In this document: piece after piece, positions 37,094 to 47,754 of the stretch
Layout of the letters: every line of letters begins with the position of its first letter
Position numbering within the stretch: the stretch's first letter is position 1
Notes under the pieces: generated by a model
Told to the model about the DNA's origin: nothing
Databases searched by the model: none
What the model saw: the letters and a program-made list of their open reading frames with translations, nothing else
Translations under genes and position numbers: made by a program
Source: Alphaproteobacteria bacterium
Lineage (GTDB): Bacteria; Pseudomonadota; Alphaproteobacteria; Paracaedibacterales; VGCI01
DNA: 50,542 nt
Direction: 5' to 3'
Assembly (NCBI GenBank): GCA_021323455.1
Contig: JAJONN010000007.1
Span: 1 to 50,542, forward strand

Positions 37094-39883
37094 ATGAAAA
37101 TTGATTACAAAAATACTGTTTTTTTACCAAAAACTGACTTTTCCATGAAAGCAAACCTGGCAAAGCGGGAGCCTGACTTCCTAAAGTACTGGCAGGATAT
37201 TGACTTATATGCCTCCTTACGGCAGCAGTCCAAAGACCGCAAGAAGTTCATCCTTCACTTCGGCCCCCCTTATGCGAATGGCCATATCCATATCGGTCAC
37301 GCCTTAACGAAGATCTTAAAGGATACCGTCAATAAAACTTACCAGATGCTTGGCTACGATGCCCCCATGGTTCCCGGATGGGATTGCCATGGGCTGCCCA
37401 TTGAATGGAAAATTGAAGAAAGTTACCGTGATGCCGGATTGAACAAGGATGACGTTAACCTGCTAGAGTTTCGGGCGGAATGCCGGACTTTTGCCGCCAA
37501 ATGGGTGGATGTCCAGCGGGAAGAATTCAAACGGCTCGGTGTAGTCGCTGATTGGGAGGCCCCCTACTCCACCATGGATTTTGAAACCGAAGCCCGCATT
37601 ATTGAACAATTGGGTTTTTTTCTCCTGAACGGAAGTTTGTACCGCGGGCAAAAGCCTGTGATGTGGTCTGTGATCGAAAAGACGGCGCTCGCGGAAGCTG
37701 AAATTGAGTACAAGGATCACACGTCTGACTCCCTCTATGTCGCCTTTCCCGTTATGGAAACCACCGTGCCACTTTTACGGGATGCCGCCGCTGTTATCTG
37801 GACAACAACGCCCTGGACCTTGCCTGGAAACCGGGCCATTGCCTATGGCGAAGATATTGGATATTCCATCATTAAAAGCAGCACCCATGACCGTGCTTTT
37901 ATTGTGGCGACCAACTTGGTCAAAGACTTTGTGGCTCAACTTCAGATTGAAACATACCAAGTTCTGGGAACAGTCACAGGCGCGTCCCTGGCAGGAACCC
38001 GTTGCGCTCATCCTTTACAAGGCCATGGGTATGAATTCCCTGTTCCCCTTCTCTCTGGCAGCCATGTCACAACTGAAGCGGGCACGGGCCTTGTCCACAC
38101 CGCGCCTGGACATGGATTAGAGGACTTTGAGCTTGGTCAAAAGCATGGCCTTGAAATTCCCGCAATTGTTGGCGATGACGGCCATTATTATGATCATGTT
38201 CCCTTGTTCGCTGGGCTCCATGTCTTCAAGGCAAATGCCAGGGTGATGGAAGCCCTCCAACAAGCAGGATGCCTACTCCATACAACAAAGCTGGTTCACA
38301 GTTATCCCCATTCCTGGCGCTCCAAAGCCCCCTTGATTTACCGCACCACATCGCAATGGTTTGTGAGCATGGAAACAACAGGGCTTCGGGCCAACGCCTT
38401 AAAAGCCATCGATCAGGTCGCCTGGTTTCCAGCCACGGGCAAAAACCGTATTCGCGCGATGGTTGAAGGGCGACCCGACTGGTGCCTGTCCCGTCAACGC
38501 GCCTGGGGGACACCAATGACTTTGTTTGTCCATAAGGAAACAGGCGATGTTTTGCGAGATGCAGAAGTCCACGCCCGCATCGTGGAAGCAGTTATGACAG
38601 AAGGGGGAGATACCTGGTACACCAGTGAAGCCAGCCGTTTCCTAGGCCCAAAGTATCACCCAGACGATTACGAAAAAGTCATGGACATTCTCGATGTATG
38701 GTTTGATAGCGGCTGTAGCCATGAATTCGTCTTAAAAAACCGTCCGGAATTGTCCTGGCCAGCGGACTTGTACCTCGAAGGGTCAGACCAGCATCGCGGC
38801 TGGTTCCAATCATCTTTATTAGAAGCATGTGGTACGGCTGGAAAAGCCCCTTACCGCCAGGTTCTCACCCATGGGTTTACCTTGAATGAAAAAGGGCTGA
38901 AAATGTCCAAATCAGAAGGAAACGCCTTGGCCCCAGCTACTATTACTGATGCCATGGGTGCGGATATCTTGCGCTTGTGGGCTGTGTCCGTTGACTATAC
39001 GGAAGATATGCGTATCGGACCCGAAATCTTAAAATATCAAGAAGATATCTACCGCCGGTTACGGAACACGTTGCGTTATTTATTAGGGGCGCTTGATGGC
39101 TTTACCGATGGTGAGCGCGTGCCCCTCAAGGACATGCCAAAGCTTGAGCAGTGGGTTCTCCATCGCCTCTCTGAACTTGATAAATCCTTACGGAAGAGCG
39201 CTGAAACATTCGATTTTATGGGTTTCTATTCGGAATTGCACAATTTTTGCGCCGTTGATTTATCCGCCTTTTACTTTGATTTACGCAAAGATTGCCTCTA
39301 TTGCGATGCTCGTACATCCCTAAAGCGCCGCGCCGCCCGCACGGTTATGGACCACATTTTTATCTGTTTGACCCACTGGCTGGCACCTGTTTTAAGCTTT
39401 ACAGCAGAAGAGGCCTGGCTTTCCCGTTATGGAAGCGAAGCCAGCAGCATCCACTTACAAATGTTCCCTGATATCCCACTGGAATGGGACAATGCGCCTT
39501 TAGCTGCCCAATGGCAAATCATTCGCGATATCCGCCGTGTTATTACAGGTGCCCTTGAAGTAGAGCGCGCCGCGAAAACAATTGGATCGAGCCTACAAGC
39601 GCATGTGGCTGTTTATGTTCCCCATGAGATTTCAGAAATTTTCAAAACATTAGGGATGAAGGATGCTGACTTGGCAGAATTGTCTATTACCTCAGAGGCA
39701 AACTTGATCATCGCCCAGCCACCAGCAGGCGCATTCACCCTGGAAGATGTTATGAATGTTGGCGTTGTTGTCAACACTGCTTCCGGACAAAAATGCAACC
39801 GGTGCTGGAAAGTTCTTGAAGAAGTCGGAGAGGTGCATGATGATTTATGCCAACGATGCGCCCAGGTCGTTGAAGGGCTATGA
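37094..39883 (+). CDS. ileS: Isoleucine--tRNA ligase
   Basis: GPPYANGHIHIGH, GWDCHGLP, WTTTPWT, KMSKS, C-terminal zinc finger. Confidence 0.98.
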   Translation: MKIDYKNTVFLPKTDFSMKANLAKREPDFLKYWQDIDLYASLRQQSKDRKKFILHFGPPYANGHIHIGHALTKILKDTVNKTYQMLGYDAPMVPGWDCHGLPIEWKIEESYRDAGLNKDDVNLLEFRAECRTFAAKWVDVQREEFKRLGVVADWEAPYSTMDFETEARIIEQLGFFLLNGSLYRGQKPVMWSVIEKTALAEAEIEYKDHTSDSLYVAFPVMETTVPLLRDAAAVIWTTTPWTLPGNRAIAYGEDIGYSIIKSSTHDRAFIVATNLVKDFVAQLQIETYQVLGTVTGASLAGTRCAHPLQGHGYEFPVPLLSGSHVTTEAGTGLVHTAPGHGLEDFELGQKHGLEIPAIVGDDGHYYDHVPLFAGLHVFKANARVMEALQQAGCLLHTTKLVHSYPHSWRSKAPLIYRTTSQWFVSMETTGLRANALKAIDQVAWFPATGKNRIRAMVEGRPDWCLSRQRAWGTPMTLFVHKETGDVLRDAEVHARIVEAVMTEGGDTWYTSEASRFLGPKYHPDDYEKVMDILDVWFDSGCSHEFVLKNRPELSWPADLYLEGSDQHRGWFQSSLLEACGTAGKAPYRQVLTHGFTLNEKGLKMSKSEGNALAPATITDAMGADILRLWAVSVDYTEDMRIGPEILKYQEDIYRRLRNTLRYLLGALDGFTDGERVPLKDMPKLEQWVLHRLSELDKSLRKSAETFDFMGFYSELHNFCAVDLSAFYFDLRKDCLYCDARTSLKRRAARTVMDHIFICLTHWLAPVLSFTAEEAWLSRYGSEASSIHLQMFPDIPLEWDNAPLAAQWQIIRDIRRVITGALEVERAAKTIGSSLQAHVAVYVPHEISEIFKTLGMKDADLAELSITSEANLIIAQPPAGAFTLEDVMNVGVVVNTASGQKCNRCWKVLEEVGEVHDDLCQRCAQVVEGL

Positions 39884-40383
39884 AGATGGTCCAAAAACAA
39901 AAAACCGGGCATTGCTGGTCCTTAATGGGGCTTGGGCTTGCTGGGATTGTCTTGCTCCTCGACCAGGCATCGAAGTGGATTGTTTTGACCCATATGATGG
40001 CTCCCCCCCATACCTTGCCCGTCACCTCTTTTCTCAATATTATTCTGGCTTGGAACCGGGGAATCAGCTTTGGTTTACTGTCGAGTAATAATCCTTATAG
40101 CGCCTGGATTTTAGCAACCGTTGCTTTTGCATTCGCCGCTGTTCTGATATTATGGATTTGGCGGGCGGAAACAAAGGTCATGGCCTTGGGCTTTGGCCTG
40201 GTTCTGGGAGGGGCGATCGGGAATTTGTGTGACCGCCTTCGGTTTGGCGCTGTCACAGACTTCCTGGACTTCCACGCTTATGGATACCACTGGTACACCT
40301 TTAATATCGCGGATGCCGCTATTGTTGGCGGCGTGGCATTCATTCTTTTTGACCATCTCAAAGGAAGTATGGTTACAAAGTAG
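39880..40383 (+). CDS. lspA: Lipoprotein signal peptidase II
   Basis: DQASK, WNRGISFG, GGAIGNL.DR, VTDFLD, FNIAD. Confidence 0.96.
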   Translation: MKMVQKQKTGHCWSLMGLGLAGIVLLLDQASKWIVLTHMMAPPHTLPVTSFLNIILAWNRGISFGLLSSNNPYSAWILATVAFAFAAVLILWIWRAETKVMALGFGLVLGGAIGNLCDRLRFGAVTDFLDFHAYGYHWYTFNIADAAIVGGVAFILFDHLKGSMVTK

Positions 40384-40416
40384 AAAATAACCGTTGTAAT
40401 TTACTGAGTAAACAAA

Positions 40417-40938
40417 ATGAAAAAAATATATACCTTAACATCTATCCTTTTAGCTCCCCTGGCTTTCGCAGGATGTGACACCTTTCGTGACACGTTTGGT
40501 TTGAGCCACAAAAGCCCCAATGAATGGGACGCCGCGGAGCCAAGCCCTGGATTAATCCTGCCGCCTGATTTTGGAAACCGCCCCAAACTGCCAGCGCCAA
40601 CCCCGGGAGCGCCGAATCCCCATGTTATTCCAGAGACAGTAAAAGCCCAAAAAACCGTTATGGGGAGTGGGCATTCTGTTGACACGTCGGCTTCTACAGC
40701 TAAAGGAGAAAAAGACATCATCGAAAAAGCTTCTGAGAATCAAACCATTACGCCAGACATCCGGCATCTTGTCGATGAAGAAGCCAAGGCAGATAGCACG
40801 ATTTCCGGTAAAGTGATGGCTCAGGTCCAGTCCTGGAAAGAACAAGCCCGTAAAAATTTGAGCTTATCCGAACCAAAAAAAACCAGCGCTACAGACGACG
40901 ATACAACCGACAAACAAGAGGAAGAAGGTAAATCATGA
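40417..40938 (+). CDS. DUF3035-type lipoprotein
   Basis: FAGC lipobox-like, SPNEW..LILPPDF..LP.P.PGAP; follows lspA. Confidence 0.75.
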   Translation: MKKIYTLTSILLAPLAFAGCDTFRDTFGLSHKSPNEWDAAEPSPGLILPPDFGNRPKLPAPTPGAPNPHVIPETVKAQKTVMGSGHSVDTSASTAKGEKDIIEKASENQTITPDIRHLVDEEAKADSTISGKVMAQVQSWKEQARKNLSLSEPKKTSATDDDTTDKQEEEGKS

Positions 40939-42416
40939 TGATGGCCCCCGACGATATTTTCGGCCCCTGCCTCCTGAAACGCCACCCGTCCAGGAAACAT
41001 TCCTTCTTCAAAGGAAGCTTGCCTTTTGGCCCCTCTTTCCTCACGGCTTTAGCCCTTGGTTGCGCGCCAAGCTTGGGAGACCAAGCCCCAGGAACCCCTT
41101 CATCTGCCATCAAGCCCCAGCCGTCACATATCAATGTTCAAGCGGTTAAAAGCAACAAGGGCATCACGGCATGGGTCGTAGAAGCCCATGATATCCCCGT
41201 TGTTTCTGTCGTGATCGCCTTTAAAAATGCGGGAACGGCAGCAGACCCCAAAGGGTTAGCTGGCCTCGTCCAGTTGCTATCCGGCATGCTCGACGAAGGC
41301 GCAGGTGAGTGGGACAGTCAGGGTTTTAAAAATTTCCTGTTAAAAAAAAATATCGAGTTAGGCATTTCTGCCTCCCAGGATGTTTTTCAGATTAGTTTTC
41401 GCACCATTAAGGAAAATGTTGGGGAAGCATTCCGGGTCTTAAACACCCTATTAAGCAAGCCCCGGTTTGATGACGTATCCCTTGCCCGTGTCAAAAATCA
41501 GATTTTATCGGTCTTGCAACAATCCCTCCATAATGAGCATACCCTGGCTTCGCAGAAATTAAACGCTCGGATATATGGCGACCATCCTTATGGGAAACCC
41601 ATTCAGCAAACACTCAAAGAATTTTCAAAGGTCACCGATGATCAGTTGCGCCAATTTATGGTGAACCGTTTTGGCCGTGATCAACTGTTGGTATCTATTG
41701 TTGGAGATATCACGGCCCATGAAACCAAAGATTACCTGGATAAAACGTTCGGAAACCTGCCTGAAAAGGCAACCCCGACAGACATAATAGACGCAAAGCT
41801 CCTCAACATTGGTACAATCGCGATCGAGACTTTAAATATTCCGCAAAGCCTGGTTTATTTTACGCAGCCAGGCATTCCTCGAACGCACCCCGATTTTTAT
41901 GCCGCCTTTGTCTTGATGAAAATTATGGGAGACGGGCAATTCGAGTCCCGCCTCTGGAATGAAATTCGTGAAAAGCGCGGCCTTGCTTATGGCATTGACG
42001 CCGATTTAAACTGGCTTCAGCACGCATCCCTTCTTTTGGGAGGGACAGCAACAAAAAACACGTCGGCCAAAGACGTCATTGATATTATCCGCAACGTCTG
42101 GAAAGAGATGAGTGAAGGCGCAACGCAAGCGGAACTCGACTTTGTTAAGAAACGGATGATCGGCAGCTTTGCCTTAAATTTCAGTTCAACCATCAAGATT
42201 GCCAAAGCTTTATTAATGTATCAAATTGATAACCTGGGCTTAAACTATATTAATAAACGAAATGAAATCATCGCCGCGCTGACCCTGGATGACGTTAATA
42301 AAGTTGCAAAGTCCCTTTTAAAACCTGAACAATTGACCTTTGTCATTGTCGGACAACCTCAGGGCATTCCTTCCCCGGAACCCGTTGAGGAAAAGAAACC
42401 AGGAGCAAATAAATGA
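40935..42416 (+). CDS. M16 peptidase family, non-catalytic subunit
   Basis: GLVQLLSGMLDEGAG (no HxxEH); SRLWNEIREKRGLAY. Confidence 0.88.
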   Translation: MMMAPDDIFGPCLLKRHPSRKHSFFKGSLPFGPSFLTALALGCAPSLGDQAPGTPSSAIKPQPSHINVQAVKSNKGITAWVVEAHDIPVVSVVIAFKNAGTAADPKGLAGLVQLLSGMLDEGAGEWDSQGFKNFLLKKNIELGISASQDVFQISFRTIKENVGEAFRVLNTLLSKPRFDDVSLARVKNQILSVLQQSLHNEHTLASQKLNARIYGDHPYGKPIQQTLKEFSKVTDDQLRQFMVNRFGRDQLLVSIVGDITAHETKDYLDKTFGNLPEKATPTDIIDAKLLNIGTIAIETLNIPQSLVYFTQPGIPRTHPDFYAAFVLMKIMGDGQFESRLWNEIREKRGLAYGIDADLNWLQHASLLLGGTATKNTSAKDVIDIIRNVWKEMSEGATQAELDFVKKRMIGSFALNFSSTIKIAKALLMYQIDNLGLNYINKRNEIIAALTLDDVNKVAKSLLKPEQLTFVIVGQPQGIPSPEPVEEKKPGANK

Positions 42417-43792
42417 TGAAAGGCTGGGTTATTTTGGTGATGTCTCTTTTTGTTACAGCAACAACGCTTTCAAGCAGAGCAACAGGTATTTTTAATCCAG
42501 CAACGGTCACGTTGCCCAATGGGTTGCAGGTCGTTTTAGTACAAAACCATCTGGCCCCTGTTGTTTCCATCAGCCTTGTTTATAAAGTCGGCACAGCGGA
42601 TGACCCTGTCGGGATGCATGGCCTCTCCCACTTCCTCGAGCATTTAATGTTTAAAGGCACAAAAGATATCCCCGCTGACCAGTTCAAAAAAATTATTTCC
42701 AGCAATGGCGGGATCATCAACGCCTTCACAACCCCTGACTTAACCGCTTATACATGTGACATTGCCCTTGAACACCTGGATTTTTACCTCAAGCTGGAAG
42801 CTGACCGCATGCAAAACCTGGTTATGGAGCCTACTGAAGTCCTGGCGGAGCAAAAAGTTGTTTTGGAAGAACGCCTAATGCGCTTGGATAATAACCCGTT
42901 CGGCATCGCTTATGAGGCTTTGTTACGCGCCGCCTATTGGTATCATCCCTATGGCACCCCGGCCATTGGATATCCGCAACACATTACGGCCTATACCCGG
43001 GATGCGGCTTACGAGCATTACAAAAAGTGGTATGCACCTAATAATGCTGTCTTGGTGGTTGCCGGGGATGTCACCCTGGAAACCCTGAAACCCCTCGTAG
43101 AGAAACATTTTGGCGGCATCCCTTCCCGCCCTTTGCCTGAGCGCGTCCGTATAGCAGAACCAGACCATAAAGGCGTCACCATTACGCTAGAACAAGAAAA
43201 TCCCCGCGTTAGCCAAGTGAACATAAGCTGGACCTATGCCGCACCGAACCACCGGGGGACCCATTCTCAACATTATTATCCTTTGATCATCCTTGCCCAG
43301 ATCCTTGGCGGTAATGATATAAGCCGCCTTCATCGCACCCTTGTGGAAGACCAGAAGATTGCGGTGACTGCAAATTGTTCTTATGACAATGATGGCTATG
43401 ACCCCCAGACGCTTGACTTCTCAGCAACGCTTGCCCCTAATGCCAACCTTGTTTCCTTGAAGGTAGCCGTAGAAAAACACATCCAGGATGTTATCAAAAA
43501 GGGCATCACAAGCCAGGAATTGGCTGACGCCCAGCGGGATATCCTGGCTGACCTTGCGTTCGCCCGGGATGGGAACAGCAGCAGCGTTATGGCCTTCACG
43601 CGCCTGGCTGTCGGCTTCACCGTAGGCCAAATTGAAGACTGGCCCCATAAAATTAAGGCGGTTACAGTAGACCAGGTCCACGAAGCGGCAAAATTTGTTT
43701 TGTCCCAAAACCCTGTCGCGATTATGACCGTCTACCCTCAAGGGTACAAAGAGCAAGAAAAGAAAAGGGAAGCTGACTGCGCTTTAAAATAA
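42413..43792 (+). CDS. M16 zinc peptidase, catalytic subunit
   Basis: GLSHFLEHLMFKGT (HxxEH), NAFT, VVLEER, HPYG.P.IG, WYAPNNAVLVVAGD. Confidence 0.93.
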   Translation: MMKGWVILVMSLFVTATTLSSRATGIFNPATVTLPNGLQVVLVQNHLAPVVSISLVYKVGTADDPVGMHGLSHFLEHLMFKGTKDIPADQFKKIISSNGGIINAFTTPDLTAYTCDIALEHLDFYLKLEADRMQNLVMEPTEVLAEQKVVLEERLMRLDNNPFGIAYEALLRAAYWYHPYGTPAIGYPQHITAYTRDAAYEHYKKWYAPNNAVLVVAGDVTLETLKPLVEKHFGGIPSRPLPERVRIAEPDHKGVTITLEQENPRVSQVNISWTYAAPNHRGTHSQHYYPLIILAQILGGNDISRLHRTLVEDQKIAVTANCSYDNDGYDPQTLDFSATLAPNANLVSLKVAVEKHIQDVIKKGITSQELADAQRDILADLAFARDGNSSSVMAFTRLAVGFTVGQIEDWPHKIKAVTVDQVHEAAKFVLSQNPVAIMTVYPQGYKEQEKKREADCALK

Positions 43793-43805
43793 GCATGTCA
43801 TACCC

Positions 43806-43917
43806 CGTCATTGCGAGGAGCGCGTAGCGCGACGCGGCAATCTCAATGGGATAAAGACACAGAGATTGCCACGGGCCGGAGTTTACCCTCGCGTAAGGGA
43901 GGGACCTCGCAATGACG
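43806..43917. repeat. REP/RPE-like palindromic repeat, family A, copy 2
   Basis: CGTCATTGCGAGG...CCTCGCAATGACG. Confidence 0.85.
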
Positions 43918-44024
43918 AAATACAGCATTGAAAAATTGACCTTATTGAAAGTAACAACCCATCGTGGAGGGATTTGTATCCAGAAATTCTGAGTAATTAT
44001 TAGACTAGCTCAAAGTTTCCCAGA

Positions 44025-44107
44025 GCTGTCATCCTGGCCCTTAGGTTTTGTTAGCCCTCGCGTCAGCGAGGCGTTACAAAACCTTAGGAGCCGGGAACCA
44101 TGTATTT
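44025..44107. repeat. REP-like family B, left arm only
   Basis: GCTGTCATCCTGGCCCTTAGGTTTTGT...ACAAAACCTTAGGAGCCGGGA; matches 47756-47837. Confidence 0.85.
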
Positions 44108-44133
44108 CTATATCTTGTATAAGGACTAAACCC

Positions 44134-45393
44134 TTGCTTCTTGAAAATGACTTATTCACCCAGAACCTGGAGGGCCTCCCTCCTCTTGGCAAGGCTCCCG
44201 AAACCTTGGCCCATTTGCACTCTTTAGGGCAGGCGCTTCCCCTCTTGCAGCACCTTCAATCTGATGACCTTTTAGCGGACCTAGCCCCTGTAGCCAAGCG
44301 CTTCCAAGCTTTTGGGGATGTGTTGATCCTGGGAACAGGCGGATCAAGCCTGGGTGGACAAACGCTTTTGGCTTTACGGGACCCCCATCATAAAATCCCC
44401 CGTTTTCATTTTCTAGACAACATTGACCCCTATACTTTTGCGACTCTTCTGCCCACGCTCGATATCCAAAAAACAGGGGTAGTTGCGATTTCTAAGTCTG
44501 GCAATACAGCTGAAACCCTCATGCAATTGCTCGTCTGCTTGCAACAGGGGGGCCAAATGGTTTCCCCCGGTCAATTAAAAGATCATTTTCTTATCATCAG
44601 CGAACCTCTTGATAATGGCATCCGTCGCCTCGCCGCAACCTGTGACCTTCCTTGCCTTGATCACCCCACAGATATTGGCGGCCGCTTCGCTGCTTTTACT
44701 GTTGTTGGCATGCTCCCTGCCCTGATTGCCGGAATGGACGCTCAAGCCCTTCGAGTTGGTGCCAGGAAATGCCTTTCAGCCGCTTTAGCTGCAAAGGAAA
44801 CAGACGTATGCCAACCCCTTCAAGGCGCACTCGCCCATTTGGCTTTGGCACAAAGTGGCATTACACAAACCGTCTTGATGCCTTATGCGGACCGTCTGGG
44901 TCCATTTACATTATGGTTCCGGCAGTTGTGGGCAGAAAGCCTTGGCAAGAAAAACCACAATCAACACCATCAGGCCATAACGCCTCTTCAAGCCCTTGGG
45001 ACCGTAGACCAACATTCCCAGCTTCAGCTTTATCTTGATGGTCCCCGCAACAAGTTCTTTACCGTAGTTACCTTGGATCATGAAAAGGATGCCTTCAAAA
45101 TAATCCGCCCGCCCGTTGGCCACCCTGCTGTTGACCTGTTTCAAGGAAAAACGATGGGAGATTTGATGCAAGCAGAACAACAAGCCACCATTAACACCTT
45201 GCGCCGTCACCAATGCCCCACACGCGTTATTCACTTAAAAGTCCTCGATGAGGAAACACTGGGTGGTCTTATGATGCATTATATACTTGAAACCCTAGCC
45301 ATGGCCCATCTCATGGGGATCAATCCTTTTGACCAACCTGCCGTTGAAGAAGGCAAAATTTTGACCCAACAGTATTTGGCGTATCCCCAATGA
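44134..45393 (+). CDS. pgi: Glucose-6-phosphate isomerase
   Basis: GTGGSSLG, SKSGNTAET, IGGRF, QLWAESLGK, DQHSQLQL, NPFDQPAVEEGK. Start uncertain. Confidence 0.95.
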   Translation: MLLENDLFTQNLEGLPPLGKAPETLAHLHSLGQALPLLQHLQSDDLLADLAPVAKRFQAFGDVLILGTGGSSLGGQTLLALRDPHHKIPRFHFLDNIDPYTFATLLPTLDIQKTGVVAISKSGNTAETLMQLLVCLQQGGQMVSPGQLKDHFLIISEPLDNGIRRLAATCDLPCLDHPTDIGGRFAAFTVVGMLPALIAGMDAQALRVGARKCLSAALAAKETDVCQPLQGALAHLALAQSGITQTVLMPYADRLGPFTLWFRQLWAESLGKKNHNQHHQAITPLQALGTVDQHSQLQLYLDGPRNKFFTVVTLDHEKDAFKIIRPPVGHPAVDLFQGKTMGDLMQAEQQATINTLRRHQCPTRVIHLKVLDEETLGGLMMHYILETLAMAHLMGINPFDQPAVEEGKILTQQYLAYPQ

Positions 45394-47186
45394 GCGTTCG
45401 ATTTCTCGACCCAACCTTAATCAACCAAATTGCAGCCGGTGAAGTCGTTGAACGCCCTGCATCGGCCATCAAAGAGTTGGTCGAGAACGCCATTGACGCC
45501 AAGAGTACCAAAATTGATATCATTGTCCGGGAAGGTGGCCGCACGCTCATTTCCATTACAGACAACGGCCATGGCATGCATCGCGACGACCTGACGCTGG
45601 CTGTCGAACGCCATGCAACATCCAAGATCCCGGACAGCGACTTATTTAATATCCGCACCTTGGGATTTCGGGGTGAGGCCCTGCCTTCCATTGGCGCTGT
45701 GAGCCGCTTGGCCATCACAAGCCGGACAGCAAGCGATGATACCGCCTGGCGTTTAACAGTTGAAGGGGGGGCAAAAAGTGAAGCAGCGCCAGCTTCCTTT
45801 GGGTTGGGAACGCGCGTGGAGGTTCGCGACCTCTTTTATGCAACCCCTGCCCGCCTGAAATTTTTGAAAACGCCGACAACGGAGTTATCACATACGGTTG
45901 ATATCTTGAACCGCCTGGCGCTCGCCCACCCTACCATTCAATTTTCCTTGATGGACGGGGATCGCCAGGTATTGGCTTACGGGGCTAACAAAGACCGTAT
46001 TCCGTCTATTTTAGGAAAAGACTTTTTAGAAAATGCCTGTCCTGTACGGATGGAGCGGGAAAGCTTAAGGGTAAGTGGGCATATCAGCATCCCAACCTTT
46101 AACCGTAGCCATGCAACAGCGCAATACTTGTTTGTTAACGGACGGCCTGTCAAGGACAGGCTCTTATCCGCCTCAGTCCGCGTCGCCTATCAGGACTTTC
46201 TGGCCAGCAACCGTCACCCTGTTTTAGCCTTGTTCCTGGATATTGATCCCGCAGAAGTTGACATTAATGTCCATCCTGCCAAAGCGGAGGTGCGCTTCCG
46301 GGATGCCGGGTTGGTGCGAGGCGTCCTGATCAGCGCCTTGAAGCAAGCGTTGCAGGAAGCTGCCCACCGCAGCTCAAGCGCCATGACCCAGAACGCCATC
46401 GTTGCGTTTCAACGTCCTCCTTCCCCTGCACCGTCTCCGGTTTCCACATGGTCGGGCAAGGCATATTCAGGGCGCTCTACCTCCCCCCGTCTTTCTTTTC
46501 CAGGCCAACCCCTTGCCCCAGGCTTGGCGGAAACAATGGCATCTTACCAAGCGGCTCCTACTCCCTCAGCGCCCATTCCAGAACCTATGCCCGAAACGTC
46601 GGAAGATTATCCCCTCGGCCTTGCGCGCGCCCAGATCCATGGCACGTATATTCTCGCAGAAACCTCAGATAGCCTCGTGATTGTAGACCAACATGCCGCC
46701 CATGAGCGCCTGGTTTATGAAAAGATGAAACGGGAACAAGCCGCCCATGGCATCAAACGGCAAGCCTTGCTCCTCCCAGAAGTTGTCGATCTGCCAGAAG
46801 AAACGCTGAAGGCGATCCTTTCCCGCACGTCTGAGCTTGCCCAACTTGGCCTTGTCATCGAAGCTTTCGGCCTTACCGCCGTTATGGTTCGGGAAGCGCC
46901 AGCCTTACTCGGCAAAGCAGACTGGAAGCAGCTTATTCAGGACCTAGGCGCTGACCTTCAGGATATGGATACAACCTTAAGTTTATCTGAGCAACTCAAT
47001 GAGATTTTAGGCACATTGGCGTGCCACAATAGCGTCAGAGCAGGCCGTCAGTTATCAATTGAGGAAATGAACGCCCTTTTGCGCCAGATGGAAGCAACGC
47101 CCTACTCTGGCCAGTGCAATCACGGCCGCCCTACTTACGTCAAACTCCCCCGCCATGATATTGAAAAGCTTTTTGGGCGGCGCTAG
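45390..47186 (+). CDS. mutL: DNA mismatch repair protein MutL
   Basis: NQIAAGEVVERP, RHATSK, GFRGEAL, DQHAAHER, CNHGRP. Confidence 0.98.
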   Translation: MSVRFLDPTLINQIAAGEVVERPASAIKELVENAIDAKSTKIDIIVREGGRTLISITDNGHGMHRDDLTLAVERHATSKIPDSDLFNIRTLGFRGEALPSIGAVSRLAITSRTASDDTAWRLTVEGGAKSEAAPASFGLGTRVEVRDLFYATPARLKFLKTPTTELSHTVDILNRLALAHPTIQFSLMDGDRQVLAYGANKDRIPSILGKDFLENACPVRMERESLRVSGHISIPTFNRSHATAQYLFVNGRPVKDRLLSASVRVAYQDFLASNRHPVLALFLDIDPAEVDINVHPAKAEVRFRDAGLVRGVLISALKQALQEAAHRSSSAMTQNAIVAFQRPPSPAPSPVSTWSGKAYSGRSTSPRLSFPGQPLAPGLAETMASYQAAPTPSAPIPEPMPETSEDYPLGLARAQIHGTYILAETSDSLVIVDQHAAHERLVYEKMKREQAAHGIKRQALLLPEVVDLPEETLKAILSRTSELAQLGLVIEAFGLTAVMVREAPALLGKADWKQLIQDLGADLQDMDTTLSLSEQLNEILGTLACHNSVRAGRQLSIEEMNALLRQMEATPYSGQCNHGRPTYVKLPRHDIEKLFGRR

Positions 47187-47603
47187 AGATAAGGCACACA
47201 ACCTCCCAGCCCCATAAACCTTTTAAAAAGAGATGCGCGTTGTTTTGTCGCAAAATAACTTAAAACTATAAATTTTATCACAATTATTCAGTAGGTTAGG
47301 AGGGAATTTTAGACAATGATTTCTTAAGTTTTCCATTTAATTATTAGCACATTTCAAGATTTACATTGCAACCCACCGTCGTTTTTGTTTAATTAAGGCT
47401 CAGGGGCTTGATAATAAGAATAATAATTAGCCCCGTAACTATCCCCCTGAAAGTATGATTTTAGTTCTTAAGACGGTTGTCTATTCCTATTCTCTCCGGT
47501 AGTCTTTTACAATTTCATCGCTAATTTTCTTAAATCCTTCGATAGTTATCGATGGCGTTTGTTTCTCCCAAATAAAATCTAGCATTTGCAATCCGGGCCA
47601 CAG

Positions 47604-47651
47604 CATCATTGCATAAAGCGTGTAGCGCGGCGGCCGTCATTGCTATGACGG
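47604..47651. repeat. Degenerate family A repeat
   Basis: CATCATTGCATAAAGCGTGTAGCGCGGCG...GCTATGACG. Confidence 0.5.
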
Positions 47652-47754
47652 GAACCGTTGATTTTTTAAAATATTATTCTTATTTTTTCTTAACCCGCCT
47701 TATGGGTTAGAATGCTCCTAAAACAATGGTTAAAGATGATTTTGAGTGCTTTTT

